A stretch of 64,000 nucleotides of DNA, taken from NCBI GenBank assembly GCA_045604405.1, contig JAZUNZ010000031.1:27295-91294 (forward strand), written 5' to 3'. The translations under genes were made by a program, and so were the position numbers. The notes beneath the pieces are model-generated. The model saw nothing but the letters and a program-made list of their open reading frames with translations, ran no database searches and was not told the origin of the DNA. Of the stretch, positions 29,807 through 40,654 are shown piece after piece (position 1 is the first letter of the stretch; each line of letters starts with the position of its first letter). The stretch is from Clostridia bacterium (lineage in GTDB: Bacteria; Bacillota; Clostridia; TANB77; CAG-465).

Positions 29807-30238
29807 TTGTTATTAGGAGAGTATAACCACACAATTGATGAGAAGTCTAGAGTTATAGTACCAAGTAAATTTAGAGATGATCTTGGTAGTACTTTCGTTG
29901 TAACTAAAGGTTTTGACAAATGCTTATTCGCTTTTTCAATAACAGAATGGCAAAATTTCGAAGCGCAACTTAAATCATTACCACTTTCAAACGAAAATGC
30001 AAGAAAATATGTAAGATATTTTATGGCTGGAGCTACTGAGTGTCAAGTAGACAAACAAGGTAGAGTGTTAATACCAGCAAACCTAAAAGAACATGCAGGT
30101 CTTAAAAAGGATGTTGTTATAACAGGTGTATCGACTAGAGCGGAAATTTGGGACAAAGACACATGGACTGCTTATACTAGCGGGGACAACATTGACCTTG
30201 ATGAAATTGCTAGTCACATGTCAGAGTTTGGCATATGA
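29807..30238 (+). CDS. mraZ: transcriptional regulator MraZ
   Basis: 143 aa with two SpoVT/AbrB-like halves (DEKSRVIVPSKFR and DKQGRVLIPANLK). The start codon is TTG. Confidence 0.93.
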   Translation: MLLGEYNHTIDEKSRVIVPSKFRDDLGSTFVVTKGFDKCLFAFSITEWQNFEAQLKSLPLSNENARKYVRYFMAGATECQVDKQGRVLIPANLKEHAGLKKDVVITGVSTRAEIWDKDTWTAYTSGDNIDLDEIASHMSEFGI

Positions 30239-30243
30239 TATAG

Positions 30244-30430
30244 ATTAAACTAAAGATAAAAATTAATATACAAAAGAAAAAACAAATAAAAACAAAGGAT
30301 AAAAAATTAAAGAACAAAAGATTTAAAAAGAGAAAACTACTTACTCATACTTATGATAAGATTTACATTATTTACAAAAGATAAAAGATTAAATAAACAA
30401 AAGATAAAATTTTAATAAACAAAAGATAGC
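30244..30430. repeat. A-rich degenerate 22-bp phased repeats (consensus about ATTAAATAAACAAAAGATAAAA)
   Basis: CAAA(A/G)G cores lie at 30271, 30293, 30315 and at 30375, 30398, 30420. There is no ORF in any frame. Confidence 0.7.
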
Positions 30431-30459
30431 TATATTTTTATTACAGGAGAAAGATAATT

Positions 30460-31392
30460 GTGGAGTTTAATCATGTACCAGTATTACTAGAGGATTGTAT
30501 TGAATGTCTGAACATAAAAGAGGGTGGAGTCTATGTAGATGGTACCCTTGGCGGTGGCGGGCATTCTTCGTGCGTTTTAAAAAGACTAAACAACACAGGC
30601 AGACTTATAGGAATAGACAGAGACAGTGAGGCGTTAGCCCACACAAGTAAAAGATTACAAGAATATTCTAATGTTACATATGTAAAAGATAAACATGAGA
30701 ATATTAAAAATATATTGTTGCAACTTGGAATAGACAAGGTGGATGGAATACTACTAGACTTAGGAGTGTCTTCATACCAACTAGATGAACCGTCTAGGGG
30801 ATTTAGCTATATGCATGACGCACCTCTAGATATGAGAATGAATAAGGATCAAGATTTTACAGCATATGACATAGTAAATAAATATTCTGAAGAACGTTTG
30901 GCAGAAATATTTTTTACATATGGTGAAGAAAAATATTCAAAATCTATTGCAAGAAGAATAGTAGAAACTAGAAAAACAAAAGAGATTAATACAACTTTTG
31001 AACTAGTAGATATAATTAAATCTGCAATACCCAAAAAAGCAAGAAACGAAAAACAGCATCCGGCAAAGAGAGTTTTCCAGGCTATACGTATAGAAGTTAA
31101 TGGAGAACTTGTGGATTTAGAAAATGCCTTAAAAGATGCAGTGATGAGTTTAAATACACATGGAAGATTACTTGTTATAACATTCCATTCATTAGAAGAT
31201 AGAATAGTTAAAAAGACGTTTGAAAATCTTCAAGGGAAGTGTACTTGCCCACCAGATTTTCCAAAATGCATTTGTGGATTTGAATCAGTAGGTAAGATAA
31301 TAACGAAAAAGCCAATTATAGCAGACGAAGAAGAATTAGAAATCAACCCAAGGTCTAGAAGTGCTAAGCTAAGGGTATTTGAAAGAAGATAA
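30460..31392 (+). CDS. rsmH: 16S rRNA (cytosine1402-N4)-methyltransferase
   Basis: [15 protein letters not shown] and GFSY motifs. The start codon is GTG. Confidence 0.95.
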   Translation: MEFNHVPVLLEDCIECLNIKEGGVYVDGTLGGGGHSSCVLKRLNNTGRLIGIDRDSEALAHTSKRLQEYSNVTYVKDKHENIKNILLQLGIDKVDGILLDLGVSSYQLDEPSRGFSYMHDAPLDMRMNKDQDFTAYDIVNKYSEERLAEIFFTYGEEKYSKSIARRIVETRKTKEINTTFELVDIIKSAIPKKARNEKQHPAKRVFQAIRIEVNGELVDLENALKDAVMSLNTHGRLLVITFHSLEDRIVKKTFENLQGKCTCPPDFPKCICGFESVGKIITKKPIIADEEELEINPRSRSAKLRVFERR

Positions 31393-31424
31393 TAAACATA
31401 TAATAAATTAACAAAAGAAGTGAG

Positions 31425-31928
31425 GTGAATTTAGTGATAGCGGATAGAGCATATGCATATGATTTAAGTGTACCGGAAATAGCACCAGATTATATGCCTA
31501 ACAAAAAAGACTTTAAAATAATTAAAGCCCCTAAGAAGGTGCAAAGTACAAATAACGTTAAAAAGCCAAAGACACAACCTAAGTCAAAGTTATCACTAAT
31601 TTTATCTGTTGTTGCATTATTTACTATGGCTATAGTTATAAGTTATAGATACAATGTAATAAGCGAAAAGAACTTGGAGGTTCAGAGACTTAAAATGGAT
31701 CAGGTTACAGCTAATTCTGAACTAGCTACTACAGAGGTTTGGGCTGAAAGAATAATAGATAAAGATACAATTGAGTCGTATGCAAAACAACAGTTAGGAA
31801 TGCAAAAACCTGAAAAAAGTCAAATCGTATATATAAATTCTAATTACGAAACAAAAGTAGAAGAGGTTAATACAAAAAACATTTTCGAAAAGGGATTAGA
31901 ACAACTTAAAAAATTAATAGGAATGTAA
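31425..31928 (+). CDS. ftsL: FtsL/DivIC-type cell-division protein
   Basis: Single TM helix followed by a coiled coil, located between rsmH and the PBP gene. GTG 31434 is an alternative start 8 nt after GAGG. Confidence 0.65.
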   Translation: MNLVIADRAYAYDLSVPEIAPDYMPNKKDFKIIKAPKKVQSTNNVKKPKTQPKSKLSLILSVVALFTMAIVISYRYNVISEKNLEVQRLKMDQVTANSELATTEVWAERIIDKDTIESYAKQQLGMQKPEKSQIVYINSNYETKVEEVNTKNIFEKGLEQLKKLIGM

Positions 31929-32004
31929 TAATCATAAAGATAGCTAATGTTGTTAAAATGAGTAGCTTAATTTATGATTGTTTTTTTAGAGGAGGGAGAA
32001 TTTT

Positions 32005-34185
32005 TTGGCATTTGCTACAGTAAAGAATAAAAAAAGAGTAACATGGATGCTTATATTAGCACTCGTGGGCTTTTTTGCGTTAATAGCCAGACTCTTTTAT
32101 GTTCAAATAGTAAAGGGAAGTTACTACAAAGAAAAAGCATATACGCAACAAACTAAAGATAGAACTGTTGATGCAAGTAGGGGCACAATATATGATTGTA
32201 ATGAAAACAAACTAGCGCTTAGTGTATCTACTAACACTTTATCTGTAGCACCAACTAATATAGACGATGAGGAAAAAGAAAAAATCGCCAAAGATATAAG
32301 TGAAATAATAGAAGAAGAATATGATGACATTCTTGCAAAATTAAACAAAACGGTAGCTCTTGTTACAATAAAGACTAATATTGGAGAAGAAATGGCAACA
32401 AAACTCTTGAGTTATATATTAGAAAATGATTTAAAGGGAATATATGTAGATGAATCAACAAACAGAATTTACCCATATAATTCACTTTTATCTCATGTTT
32501 TAGGATTTACTGGAACAGACGATCAAGGATTATATGGACTAGAGTCATACTATGAAGATGAACTTGCTGGTATTGACGGTAGGATTATAGGTAGCATAGA
32601 TGGTGGCGGAAATGAGACTCCATATGAGGATGAAGAATATGTAGCGCCACAAAACGGTAATAGCTTAGTGCTTACTGTAGATGCTACGATTCAATCTATA
32701 GTTGAGAAAAATTTAGAAAAAGCAGTAAAAGAGAATGTGGCAGACAAGGGTGTATGTATTGTCATGAGACCATCTACTGGTGAGGTGCTTGCAATGGCAA
32801 CATATCCAGATTTTGATCCAAACCTGCCATTTGAAATAAATAATGAAGAACTTAAAGTTAAATGGGATACATTATCTTCAAAAGAAAAGAACAACGCGCT
32901 TTTAGAGATGTGGAGAAACACCGCAATCTCTGATGCATTTGAGCCGGGCTCAACATTTAAAGTTTTAACAGCATCGGCAGCACTAGAAGAAAATATAACA
33001 GATATAGATACGGCTGGGACATTTAACTGTAATGGATATTTAAGCATTGCTGGTTGGAAAATTAGATGTTGGAGATATCCAAGAACACATGGTGCGCAAA
33101 GTCTTCGCCAAGCCATTATGAATTCATGTAACCCATCATTTATGCAAGCGGGATTAAAACTTGGAATTGATACATATACTGAATACTTAAAAGCATATAA
33201 TTTATATGACACAACTGGAATTGATTTGCCAGGTGAGACAACTGGAATAATACACAATCCAGAAACGATGACAGAACTAGATTTAGCTACTACGTCATTC
33301 GGTCAGACAGTATCCATTACTGCACTTCAATCTGCTGTAATGTATTCTGCAATAGCTAACGGTGGAAAAATAATGCAACCTTATGTTGTAAAAGAGATAA
33401 GATCTGAAAGTGGTGCATTAATCTCTGAAACTACACCTATAGTAAAAAAACAAGTAATTTCTGAGGAGACCGCAACAAAAATTTTATCTGCACTTTATGA
33501 TACAGTAGATAAAGGAACAGGTAAAGCGGCAAAGGTTAGTGGATACACCGTTGCCGGAAAAACAGGAACAGCTGAAGAGGGTAGAGGAAGCGATGGATGG
33601 TATATGGCATCATTTGCAGGAATTGCACCAGTAAATGATCCAGAACTTGTAGTTATATTTAATATATATGATCCAAAAGGGCCTCAAGGACACCAAGGAG
33701 GTACAATATGTGCACCTGTCGTAGGTAACATTATGGATGAAGCGTTAAGATACATGGATGTAAATCCAAGTTATACAGTAGAAGAAACTACTACTATGGA
33801 AACGATTGTTACAGATGTAACAGGCAAAACATATGCAGAGGCAAAGAAGATATTTACAGAAGCAGGCTTTAAAATTGCAAGTGATAATACAATAAAAGAC
33901 GACGAGATAATTCTAGAACAAATACCTAAAGCTGGTGCAAGTTTAATTGAAGGGGCGACTATTAGAGTATACACAGACACGACTAGTCAAAAACAAACTA
34001 CAACAGTGCCAGATGTAAGGTCTTATAGCGAATCTAAAGCTATCTCTAAACTCAAATCTGCAGGATTAAATATACGTATTATAGGAAAAGGAAACGCTAT
34101 AATACAAGACCCTAGTCCGGCGGAAGTAGTAACTAAAGGTTCGATAGTAACGGTTAAGTTTGTAGATACTACAGATATTCACTAG
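32005..34185 (+). CDS. class B penicillin-binding protein (FtsI/PBP2B/SpoVD family) with two PASTA domains
   Basis: STFK, SCN and KTGT motifs, followed by two PASTA-like repeats at the C-terminus. The start codon is TTG, after GGAGGGAG. Confidence 0.9.
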   Translation: MAFATVKNKKRVTWMLILALVGFFALIARLFYVQIVKGSYYKEKAYTQQTKDRTVDASRGTIYDCNENKLALSVSTNTLSVAPTNIDDEEKEKIAKDISEIIEEEYDDILAKLNKTVALVTIKTNIGEEMATKLLSYILENDLKGIYVDESTNRIYPYNSLLSHVLGFTGTDDQGLYGLESYYEDELAGIDGRIIGSIDGGGNETPYEDEEYVAPQNGNSLVLTVDATIQSIVEKNLEKAVKENVADKGVCIVMRPSTGEVLAMATYPDFDPNLPFEINNEELKVKWDTLSSKEKNNALLEMWRNTAISDAFEPGSTFKVLTASAALEENITDIDTAGTFNCNGYLSIAGWKIRCWRYPRTHGAQSLRQAIMNSCNPSFMQAGLKLGIDTYTEYLKAYNLYDTTGIDLPGETTGIIHNPETMTELDLATTSFGQTVSITALQSAVMYSAIANGGKIMQPYVVKEIRSESGALISETTPIVKKQVISEETATKILSALYDTVDKGTGKAAKVSGYTVAGKTGTAEEGRGSDGWYMASFAGIAPVNDPELVVIFNIYDPKGPQGHQGGTICAPVVGNIMDEALRYMDVNPSYTVEETTTMETIVTDVTGKTYAEAKKIFTEAGFKIASDNTIKDDEIILEQIPKAGASLIEGATIRVYTDTTSQKQTTTVPDVRSYSESKAISKLKSAGLNIRIIGKGNAIIQDPSPAEVVTKGSIVTVKFVDTTDIH

Positions 34186-34244
34186 GTGCTATTAATTTAT
34201 ATAAAGATGTGGTATAATTACTACACATATTGGAGGGATATAAT

Positions 34245-35723
34245 ATGTTATTACAATATCTAGTAGAAGGAATAGAATGTAAAACTAAAGGATGTCTAAA
34301 TATTGAAATAAATAAAATAGAATATGATTCTAAAAAAATAGAAAAAGGAGACCTATTTGTAGCAATAAAAGGCTACAAAGAAGATGGGCATGAATATATT
34401 GCAGAAGCCGTAGAAAATGGTGCGGCAGCAGTAATAATAAATCAAGATGAAGAAGCTAAAGCAGAAATGTTAGAAGGTGTAACTGTAGTTATGACAACAA
34501 ATACTAGAGTGACACTAGCAGAGATTTCAGCTAGATATTATGATTATCCGGCATCAAAATTAAGAATTATTGGTGTGACAGGAACTAAAGGCAAAACAAC
34601 AACAGCATATATGATAAGAGACATAATGCTAGCAAGTGGCAAAAAAATTGGCATGATTGGGACTATATATAATACATATGCAGATAAAAAGATAGAATCC
34701 TATAGAACATCGCCAGAATCTTTAGAATTGCATAAATTACTAAAAGATATGGTGGATTCTGGAATAGAATATGTTGTTATGGAAGTTTCTTCACATGCGC
34801 TAGAGCTTTTCAGAGTACATGGAATAAAGTTTGAAATAGGAGTATTTACAAATCTTGCTCGTGAGCATTTAGATTTCCACTCAGATATGGATAGTTACTT
34901 AAATGCTAAAGCAAAATTATTTGACCAATCTATATTTGGTGTAATAAATGCTGATGACATTTATACGCCAAAACTTATTAAGAAGGTTAAATGTAAATAT
35001 GTAAGATATGGCTTAGATAATGAGGCAAATATATCTGCTACAGATATACGCATAAATAATAATTATGTGGATTTTAAAATGTATATAAACAAACAACTTC
35101 AAACAATAACAGTACCAATACCAGGTAAATACACTGTATATAATGCTATTGCAGCGGTGGCAGTAACTAGTATGCTAGGGGCACAAATGGAGGATGTGCT
35201 AAAGGGCTTGGCTCAAGTTAAAGTGCCAGGAAGAAGTGAAATAGTAGATATAGGAAAAAGCTTTGCCGTTTTAATAGACTATGCTCACAATCCTTCTAGC
35301 CTAGAAGCAATTCTTATGAATACAAAAAAATATGTAAAAGGTAGAGTTATTTTAGTATTCGGCTGCGGTGGAAATAGAGACACAACAAAACGAGCTAAAA
35401 TGGGTGAAATAGCAGGAAAATATGCAGACTTTACAGTAATTACAACAGATAATCCAAGAGACGAAAAACCATCTAGTATCGCAAAAGATATAGAGCAAGG
35501 AATAAATACTACTAACGGATTATACAAGGTTATAGAAAATAGAAAAGAAGCAATTGAATTTGCAATGCGTATTGCATGGAAGAATGATACAGTTATTTTA
35601 GCTGGCAAGGGACATGAAACCTATCAAGAGCTAGCAAAAGGTAGAAAGATACATTTAGACGAAAGAGAAATAGTAAAAAAAGCGGCAGAAAAAATGCCGG
35701 GTAAAGATGAAATAAAGTATTAG
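34245..35723 (+). CDS. murE: UDP-MurNAc-L-Ala-D-Glu--2,6-diaminopimelate ligase
   Basis: GVTGTKGKTT P-loop and DNPR motif. A GGAGGG RBS sits before ATG 34245. Confidence 0.9.
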   Translation: MLLQYLVEGIECKTKGCLNIEINKIEYDSKKIEKGDLFVAIKGYKEDGHEYIAEAVENGAAAVIINQDEEAKAEMLEGVTVVMTTNTRVTLAEISARYYDYPASKLRIIGVTGTKGKTTTAYMIRDIMLASGKKIGMIGTIYNTYADKKIESYRTSPESLELHKLLKDMVDSGIEYVVMEVSSHALELFRVHGIKFEIGVFTNLAREHLDFHSDMDSYLNAKAKLFDQSIFGVINADDIYTPKLIKKVKCKYVRYGLDNEANISATDIRINNNYVDFKMYINKQLQTITVPIPGKYTVYNAIAAVAVTSMLGAQMEDVLKGLAQVKVPGRSEIVDIGKSFAVLIDYAHNPSSLEAILMNTKKYVKGRVILVFGCGGNRDTTKRAKMGEIAGKYADFTVITTDNPRDEKPSSIAKDIEQGINTTNGLYKVIENRKEAIEFAMRIAWKNDTVILAGKGHETYQELAKGRKIHLDEREIVKKAAEKMPGKDEIKY

Positions 35724-35736
35724 AAAGAGGAATATT

Positions 35737-36690
35737 ATGAATATACAAATGCTTGTAGGGGTAATATCTTTTATAATCACAGTAATCTTAAGTTTGTGTA
35801 TAATACCATATTTAAAAAAGCTTAAGGTAGGTCAAGTGGTAAGAACAGATGGCCCTGAATCACATTTAAAAAAACAAGGAACACCGACTATGGGTGGAAT
35901 AATGATGCTTATTGCGATACTTTTAGTACTTGCAGTGTTTGCATTTAAGTACCCAGTATTAATACTTGCAATTGTATTAATAGCTGGATTTGGTATAGTT
36001 GGGTTTATAGACGATAGAAAAAAATTAGTAGAACATAGCAGCGATGGAATAAGTGCAAAAATGAAAATGATATTACTGTTTGTGTTTTCAGCTATATTTT
36101 TAGTGGTATACCTTACAGTTTTTGACCTAGGCACTGAGCTAATAATTCCATTTTTAAACACGCCATTTGAATTAAGCGTAGGAGTATTTGTTTTGTTTAC
36201 AATGGTTGTGCTACTAGGCACAAGTAACGCAGTAAATTTAACAGATGGCTTAGACGGATTGTGCTCTGGAGTTGTTGCAATAGTTATGACATTCTTTACA
36301 ATCGTAGCTATTAAAAATGGAGATACTCCGATGATAGTTTTAGGTGCCTCAACGGTAGGAGCAACTTTAGGATTTCTAATCTTTAATGTAAAACCTGCAA
36401 AGGTATTTATGGGAGATACAGGCTCTCTTGCATTAGGTGCAGCTATTGCATCCATTGCAATTATTATGAAGATGCCAATATATCTTTTAATAGTGGCGCT
36501 TATACCTGTTGTTGAAACATTGTCTGTTGCAATGCAGGTAATATATTTTAAACTGTCAAAAGGAAAAAGATTATTTAAAATGGCACCACTTCATCATCAT
36601 TTAGAATTATCTGGAATGAAGGAAACAGGAGTTGTTGTACTATTTTGGGTGATTACAGCAATATTAGCGGTATTAGCATATTTTATATAA
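35737..36690 (+). CDS. mraY: phospho-N-acetylmuramoyl-pentapeptide transferase
   Basis: 317-aa polytopic protein with NAVNLTDGLDGL and MGDTGSLALG motifs. Confidence 0.95.
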   Translation: MNIQMLVGVISFIITVILSLCIIPYLKKLKVGQVVRTDGPESHLKKQGTPTMGGIMMLIAILLVLAVFAFKYPVLILAIVLIAGFGIVGFIDDRKKLVEHSSDGISAKMKMILLFVFSAIFLVVYLTVFDLGTELIIPFLNTPFELSVGVFVLFTMVVLLGTSNAVNLTDGLDGLCSGVVAIVMTFFTIVAIKNGDTPMIVLGASTVGATLGFLIFNVKPAKVFMGDTGSLALGAAIASIAIIMKMPIYLLIVALIPVVETLSVAMQVIYFKLSKGKRLFKMAPLHHHLELSGMKETGVVVLFWVITAILAVLAYFI

Positions 36691-36722
36691 ATATAATTAA
36701 ATAGTTAAAAAGGAGGAGGAAA

Positions 36723-37853
36723 ATGCTAGAGTTTTTAAAAAAATTAACAGCAGACAGTAAAAATAAACAATTAGATTTTACGTTTTTGTTTACATTAATA
36801 ATATTACTTGCTATTGGTCTTGTAGCACTTTCTTCCGCAAGTTCATATTATGCCCTAACAGAATATGGTGATAGTTCATACTATCTTGTAAGGCAGCTTA
36901 TATTTGCAATTATTGGAATAGTTGTTATGTTAGTTGTCTCAAAGATAGATTATAAAGAATATAAAAAATATGGTTATTTATTTTATATAATAGGTATAGC
37001 CTTAATGCTTATGGTATTTGTACCAGGAATAGGCTCATCTGCAAAAGGCGCACAACGTTGGCTAAATTTGGGGCTATTTACATTTCAACCATCAGAGATA
37101 ATGAAGTTAGGCTTAATAATTGGAATGGCTACATATATAGTAAAAAACCAAAAGAAAATGAATACATGGAAAGGATATATAGTCCCAATTTGTATGACAG
37201 GACTTGTATGTGTTCTTATGTATTTCCAATCGCACTTAAGCGGAGCAATAGTTATGCTTGCAATATGTGCAGTAATAATTATTGCGGGAGGATTTAAGGT
37301 AAAACTTAGAACTGTAATTATAGTGGGAATAACGGCTATAGCGCTTGTTGCAGCCTTCTTATTCTCAGAAGAATATAGATTAGAAAGAGTAAAATCTTTC
37401 TTAAATCCAGAAGCAGATATTCAAGGCGGAAATTGGCAACCAACACAAAGCTTGTACGCTATAGGCTCTGGAGGAATATTCGGTAGAGGAATAGGCCAAA
37501 GTAGACAAAAATATTTATGGCTTCCAGAAGCACAAAACGACTTTGTCTTTGCAGTATTTGCAGAGGAGTTTGGGTTTGTAGGAGCAACTATAGTGGTAGG
37601 TCTATTTGCCTTTTTAATAATTAGAGGAATTATAATAGCACTAAAATCTAAAGATTTATACGGTATGCTTATAGCTGCCGGAATTATTGGAATGTTTGCA
37701 TTCCAAATAGTGGTAAACATAGCGGTTGTAACTAAGCTTATACCTACAACAGGTATGCCCCTTCCATTCTTTAGTTCGGGAGGAACATCGCTTGTTATAA
37801 ATTTGGCGGCGATGGGCATAGTTTTAAATATATCTAGACAAGGAGCAAAATAG
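36723..37853 (+). CDS. ftsW: FtsW/SpoVE (SEDS) family peptidoglycan polymerase
   Basis: Polytopic SEDS protein with the PTTGMPLPFFSSGGTS motif. Confidence 0.9.
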   Translation: MLEFLKKLTADSKNKQLDFTFLFTLIILLAIGLVALSSASSYYALTEYGDSSYYLVRQLIFAIIGIVVMLVVSKIDYKEYKKYGYLFYIIGIALMLMVFVPGIGSSAKGAQRWLNLGLFTFQPSEIMKLGLIIGMATYIVKNQKKMNTWKGYIVPICMTGLVCVLMYFQSHLSGAIVMLAICAVIIIAGGFKVKLRTVIIVGITAIALVAAFLFSEEYRLERVKSFLNPEADIQGGNWQPTQSLYAIGSGGIFGRGIGQSRQKYLWLPEAQNDFVFAVFAEEFGFVGATIVVGLFAFLIIRGIIIALKSKDLYGMLIAAGIIGMFAFQIVVNIAVVTKLIPTTGMPLPFFSSGGTSLVINLAAMGIVLNISRQGAK

Positions 37854-37863
37854 AGGTGAGATT

Positions 37864-38967
37864 ATGAGAGCAATTATTGCATGTGCAGGTAGTGGAGGAC
37901 ATATAAATCCCGGAATTGCAATAGCAAATGTTATTAAGAAAAATGAACCGGATAGTGAAATTTTATTTCTTGGAACAAAAACAGGAATGGAAAACGATTT
38001 AGTAAAAAAAGCAGGATACAATCTTTCACATGTAAAAGCAGGAAGATTTCATAGAAAGCTTACACTATATAACATACGCAATATGACGTATGCAGTGCTT
38101 GGTATTTTTGATACAATGAAAATAATATCTAAATTTAAACCGGATGTTATTATTGGAACAGGCGGCTTTATATGTGTGCCTGTAATGAAAGCAGCAGCAA
38201 TTAAACATATACCTTATGTACTTCACGAAAGCAACGCATATCCGGGACTTTCTGTAAAGGTTGTTGCAAAAGATGCTGCAAAAATTTTAACGGGATTTGA
38301 GGATGCTGTTTTAAGATTACCTGAGGGAACAAATACTGTATTTACAGGAACACCAGCTAAATTTGATATGGACGATATGATGGCATTAGACAAAGAAAAG
38401 TGTAAAAAACTTGTATGTAGTGAAGATAAAAAAATTGTATTTGTAACTGGCGGAAGTCAGGGTGCTATTAAGTTTAATAAAACAATTATAGACATGGTTA
38501 AAAAATATAAACCTCAAGACATCTTTTTTGTTATTGCTGTAGGACCAGATAATTATGAAAAAACACTGGAAAGCATAAAAGATGAAAAGGATATAGATAA
38601 ATATTTAAAAGTAGAAAAATTTGTATATGAAATGGATAAAATGTACAAAGCGGCGGACTTGCTAATCACTAGAGCTGGAGCAATGACAGTAACAGAATTA
38701 AGCATTGCAAGAAGACCAGCAATACTAATACCACTTCCGTCTGCCGCAGAAAACCACCAACTATTTAATGCTAAAGCTATGGAAAATGCGGGTGCAGGAA
38801 TAGTAATCGAAGAAAATGTATTGAATGAAGACCTTTTATATGATAAAATAAAAAAGGTTATATTTGATGATAACCTTCTTAAATCTATGGAAGACAATGC
38901 AGCGAAGCTGTATAAGCCAAACGTAGACCAAGAGATATATAACGAGATAAAATCGGTGGTAAAGTGA
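37864..38967 (+). CDS. murG: UDP-GlcNAc--MurNAc-pentapeptide-undecaprenol GlcNAc transferase
   Basis: GSGGHINPG N-terminus, 367 aa, in dcw context. Confidence 0.93.
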   Translation: MRAIIACAGSGGHINPGIAIANVIKKNEPDSEILFLGTKTGMENDLVKKAGYNLSHVKAGRFHRKLTLYNIRNMTYAVLGIFDTMKIISKFKPDVIIGTGGFICVPVMKAAAIKHIPYVLHESNAYPGLSVKVVAKDAAKILTGFEDAVLRLPEGTNTVFTGTPAKFDMDDMMALDKEKCKKLVCSEDKKIVFVTGGSQGAIKFNKTIIDMVKKYKPQDIFFVIAVGPDNYEKTLESIKDEKDIDKYLKVEKFVYEMDKMYKAADLLITRAGAMTVTELSIARRPAILIPLPSAAENHQLFNAKAMENAGAGIVIEENVLNEDLLYDKIKKVIFDDNLLKSMEDNAAKLYKPNVDQEIYNEIKSVVK

Positions 38968-39773
38968 GAAAAAGTGTAGAAACTAAAAATAAACATATAG
39001 GAAAAAAGAAAACGTTAGGAAAGCATAAAAAGAAAGTTTTAAGAGTACTTGTATATATAGTACTTGTAGCAGTTATGCTTTCTTTGTTGTTGCTAGTAGC
39101 ATATGGAGTGCGTTACATTAGTACAAGCTCCAAGTTTAATGTATCTAAAGTAACATTTAAAAACAATAAAATTTATGACATACAAACTTTAACAGATACG
39201 GCAGCAGTTCCAATTGGCACAAATTTATATAAAGTATCTAAAAAAGACATAACATTAAATCTTGAAGCTTTACCATATATTGAAGAAGTTAATGTAAAAA
39301 AAGTAAGTCCAGACACAATAGAAATAATAATAAAAGAATATACAAGCACATATTTTGCATATAACGAAGAAACAAACAAATATATAAGGTTGAATTCTGA
39401 AGGAGTTATACTGGAAGAAGTTGACGGAGAACTTAAAACAGAATCAGAATTATTAGTGTTTGGAATTAGTTTTGATGATAATTTAGTGGCTAAAAACACC
39501 ATTGCAAAAACAGAATTAGATAAAATAGCGTTATATGAGAAAACAAATAATGTATATATAAAGTCTGGAATAGAAAAGGAAATAACAAATATAGAATTTA
39601 AGGACAAAAATATAATTTTAACATTAAATCATGACATTAATGTAATACTTAATGATCAAGACTTAGATTATGATATGAACTTTTTGAAAGGTATTTTAGA
39701 AAAGATAGAGGGGAAATCAGGAACAATAGATATGACGGAAGAAAACCCTGTATTTACAGAAAGTATAAGATAA
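38964..39773 (+). CDS. divIB: FtsQ/DivIB cell-division protein
   Basis: Basic N-terminus, one TM helix, then POTRA-like (VSKVTFKNNKIY) and FtsQ-type domains. Confidence 0.75.
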   Translation: MRKSVETKNKHIGKKKTLGKHKKKVLRVLVYIVLVAVMLSLLLLVAYGVRYISTSSKFNVSKVTFKNNKIYDIQTLTDTAAVPIGTNLYKVSKKDITLNLEALPYIEEVNVKKVSPDTIEIIIKEYTSTYFAYNEETNKYIRLNSEGVILEEVDGELKTESELLVFGISFDDNLVAKNTIAKTELDKIALYEKTNNVYIKSGIEKEITNIEFKDKNIILTLNHDINVILNDQDLDYDMNFLKGILEKIEGKSGTIDMTEENPVFTESIR

Positions 39774-39783
39774 GGAGGATGTT

Positions 39784-40644
39784 ATGGCAGTAAAAAAAGA
39801 AAAAGAGGTAAAACCTAAGATAGATATTACTAAGACGGAACCTTTAGACAAGAAAGCCGATTCTAAAAAAGCAGATAAAGTGGTGCGTAATATAAAATCA
39901 AGAGCACAAAAGGAAAAAAATCCTGTAGATATGATTAAAAAGTATAACTTAACAGCAGTTACTATGATTGCATTAGCGTTATTTATATTTTCATTTGTAA
40001 TCGCAGCACAACTTAATACTGTTGGAAACACTAATATAATATCTGAGGGCATGAGAGAAGCAGAACTTTTAAGAGAGCTTCAAAATTTAAAAGAAGAATA
40101 TGAAACTTTAAAAGAAAACTATGAAGAAAGCCAGGAAATAGTTGAAGAATACAAAACTAGTAGTTCTTCTAATGACGCATTAATCGCATCAATGAAAACT
40201 GAATTAGATAAAGCAAATGTATTAGCTGGCCTTGTAAATGTTAGAGGTGAAGGTGTAGTAGTAACACTTAAAGATAGTACGGATACTGAAATGTCATTAG
40301 AAGCCGGCCTTGTTCATGATACAGACTTAACTGCTATAGTAACAGAGCTTAAAGCTGCAGGGGCTGAAGCTATAAGCATCAATGGACAAAGAGTCATAGC
40401 TACAACTGCAATAAGATGTGTGGGCCCAACAATACAAGTAAATAGTGTAAAAGTAGCCTCTCCTTTTTATATAAAAGCTATAGGAAACTCTAAATATCTA
40501 GAGAGCGCATTAAATATAAAAAATGGTGTAGTAGACAGCTTAAAAGCATATGGAATTGAAGTGCAAGTTGAAACAAACGAAAGTATAACAATAGATAAAT
40601 ATGATTTGACTTTAAAATTAAAATATGCAAGTGAGATTAAATAG
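39784..40644 (+). CDS. DUF881 (YlxW/YlxX-like) division-cluster protein
   Basis: One TM helix, a coiled coil, then the conserved block VRGEGVVVTL...HDTDL...ELKAAGAEAISINGQR. Confidence 0.8.
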   Translation: MAVKKEKEVKPKIDITKTEPLDKKADSKKADKVVRNIKSRAQKEKNPVDMIKKYNLTAVTMIALALFIFSFVIAAQLNTVGNTNIISEGMREAELLRELQNLKEEYETLKENYEESQEIVEEYKTSSSSNDALIASMKTELDKANVLAGLVNVRGEGVVVTLKDSTDTEMSLEAGLVHDTDLTAIVTELKAAGAEAISINGQRVIATTAIRCVGPTIQVNSVKVASPFYIKAIGNSKYLESALNIKNGVVDSLKAYGIEVQVETNESITIDKYDLTLKLKYASEIK

Positions 40645-40654
40645 GAGGTAGTAT

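Noticed and set aside
30241-30459. A-rich mraZ-rsmH spacer as a Lys-rich micro-ORF
   Set aside because: Stop codons occur in all three forward frames, and there is no start codon with an RBS.
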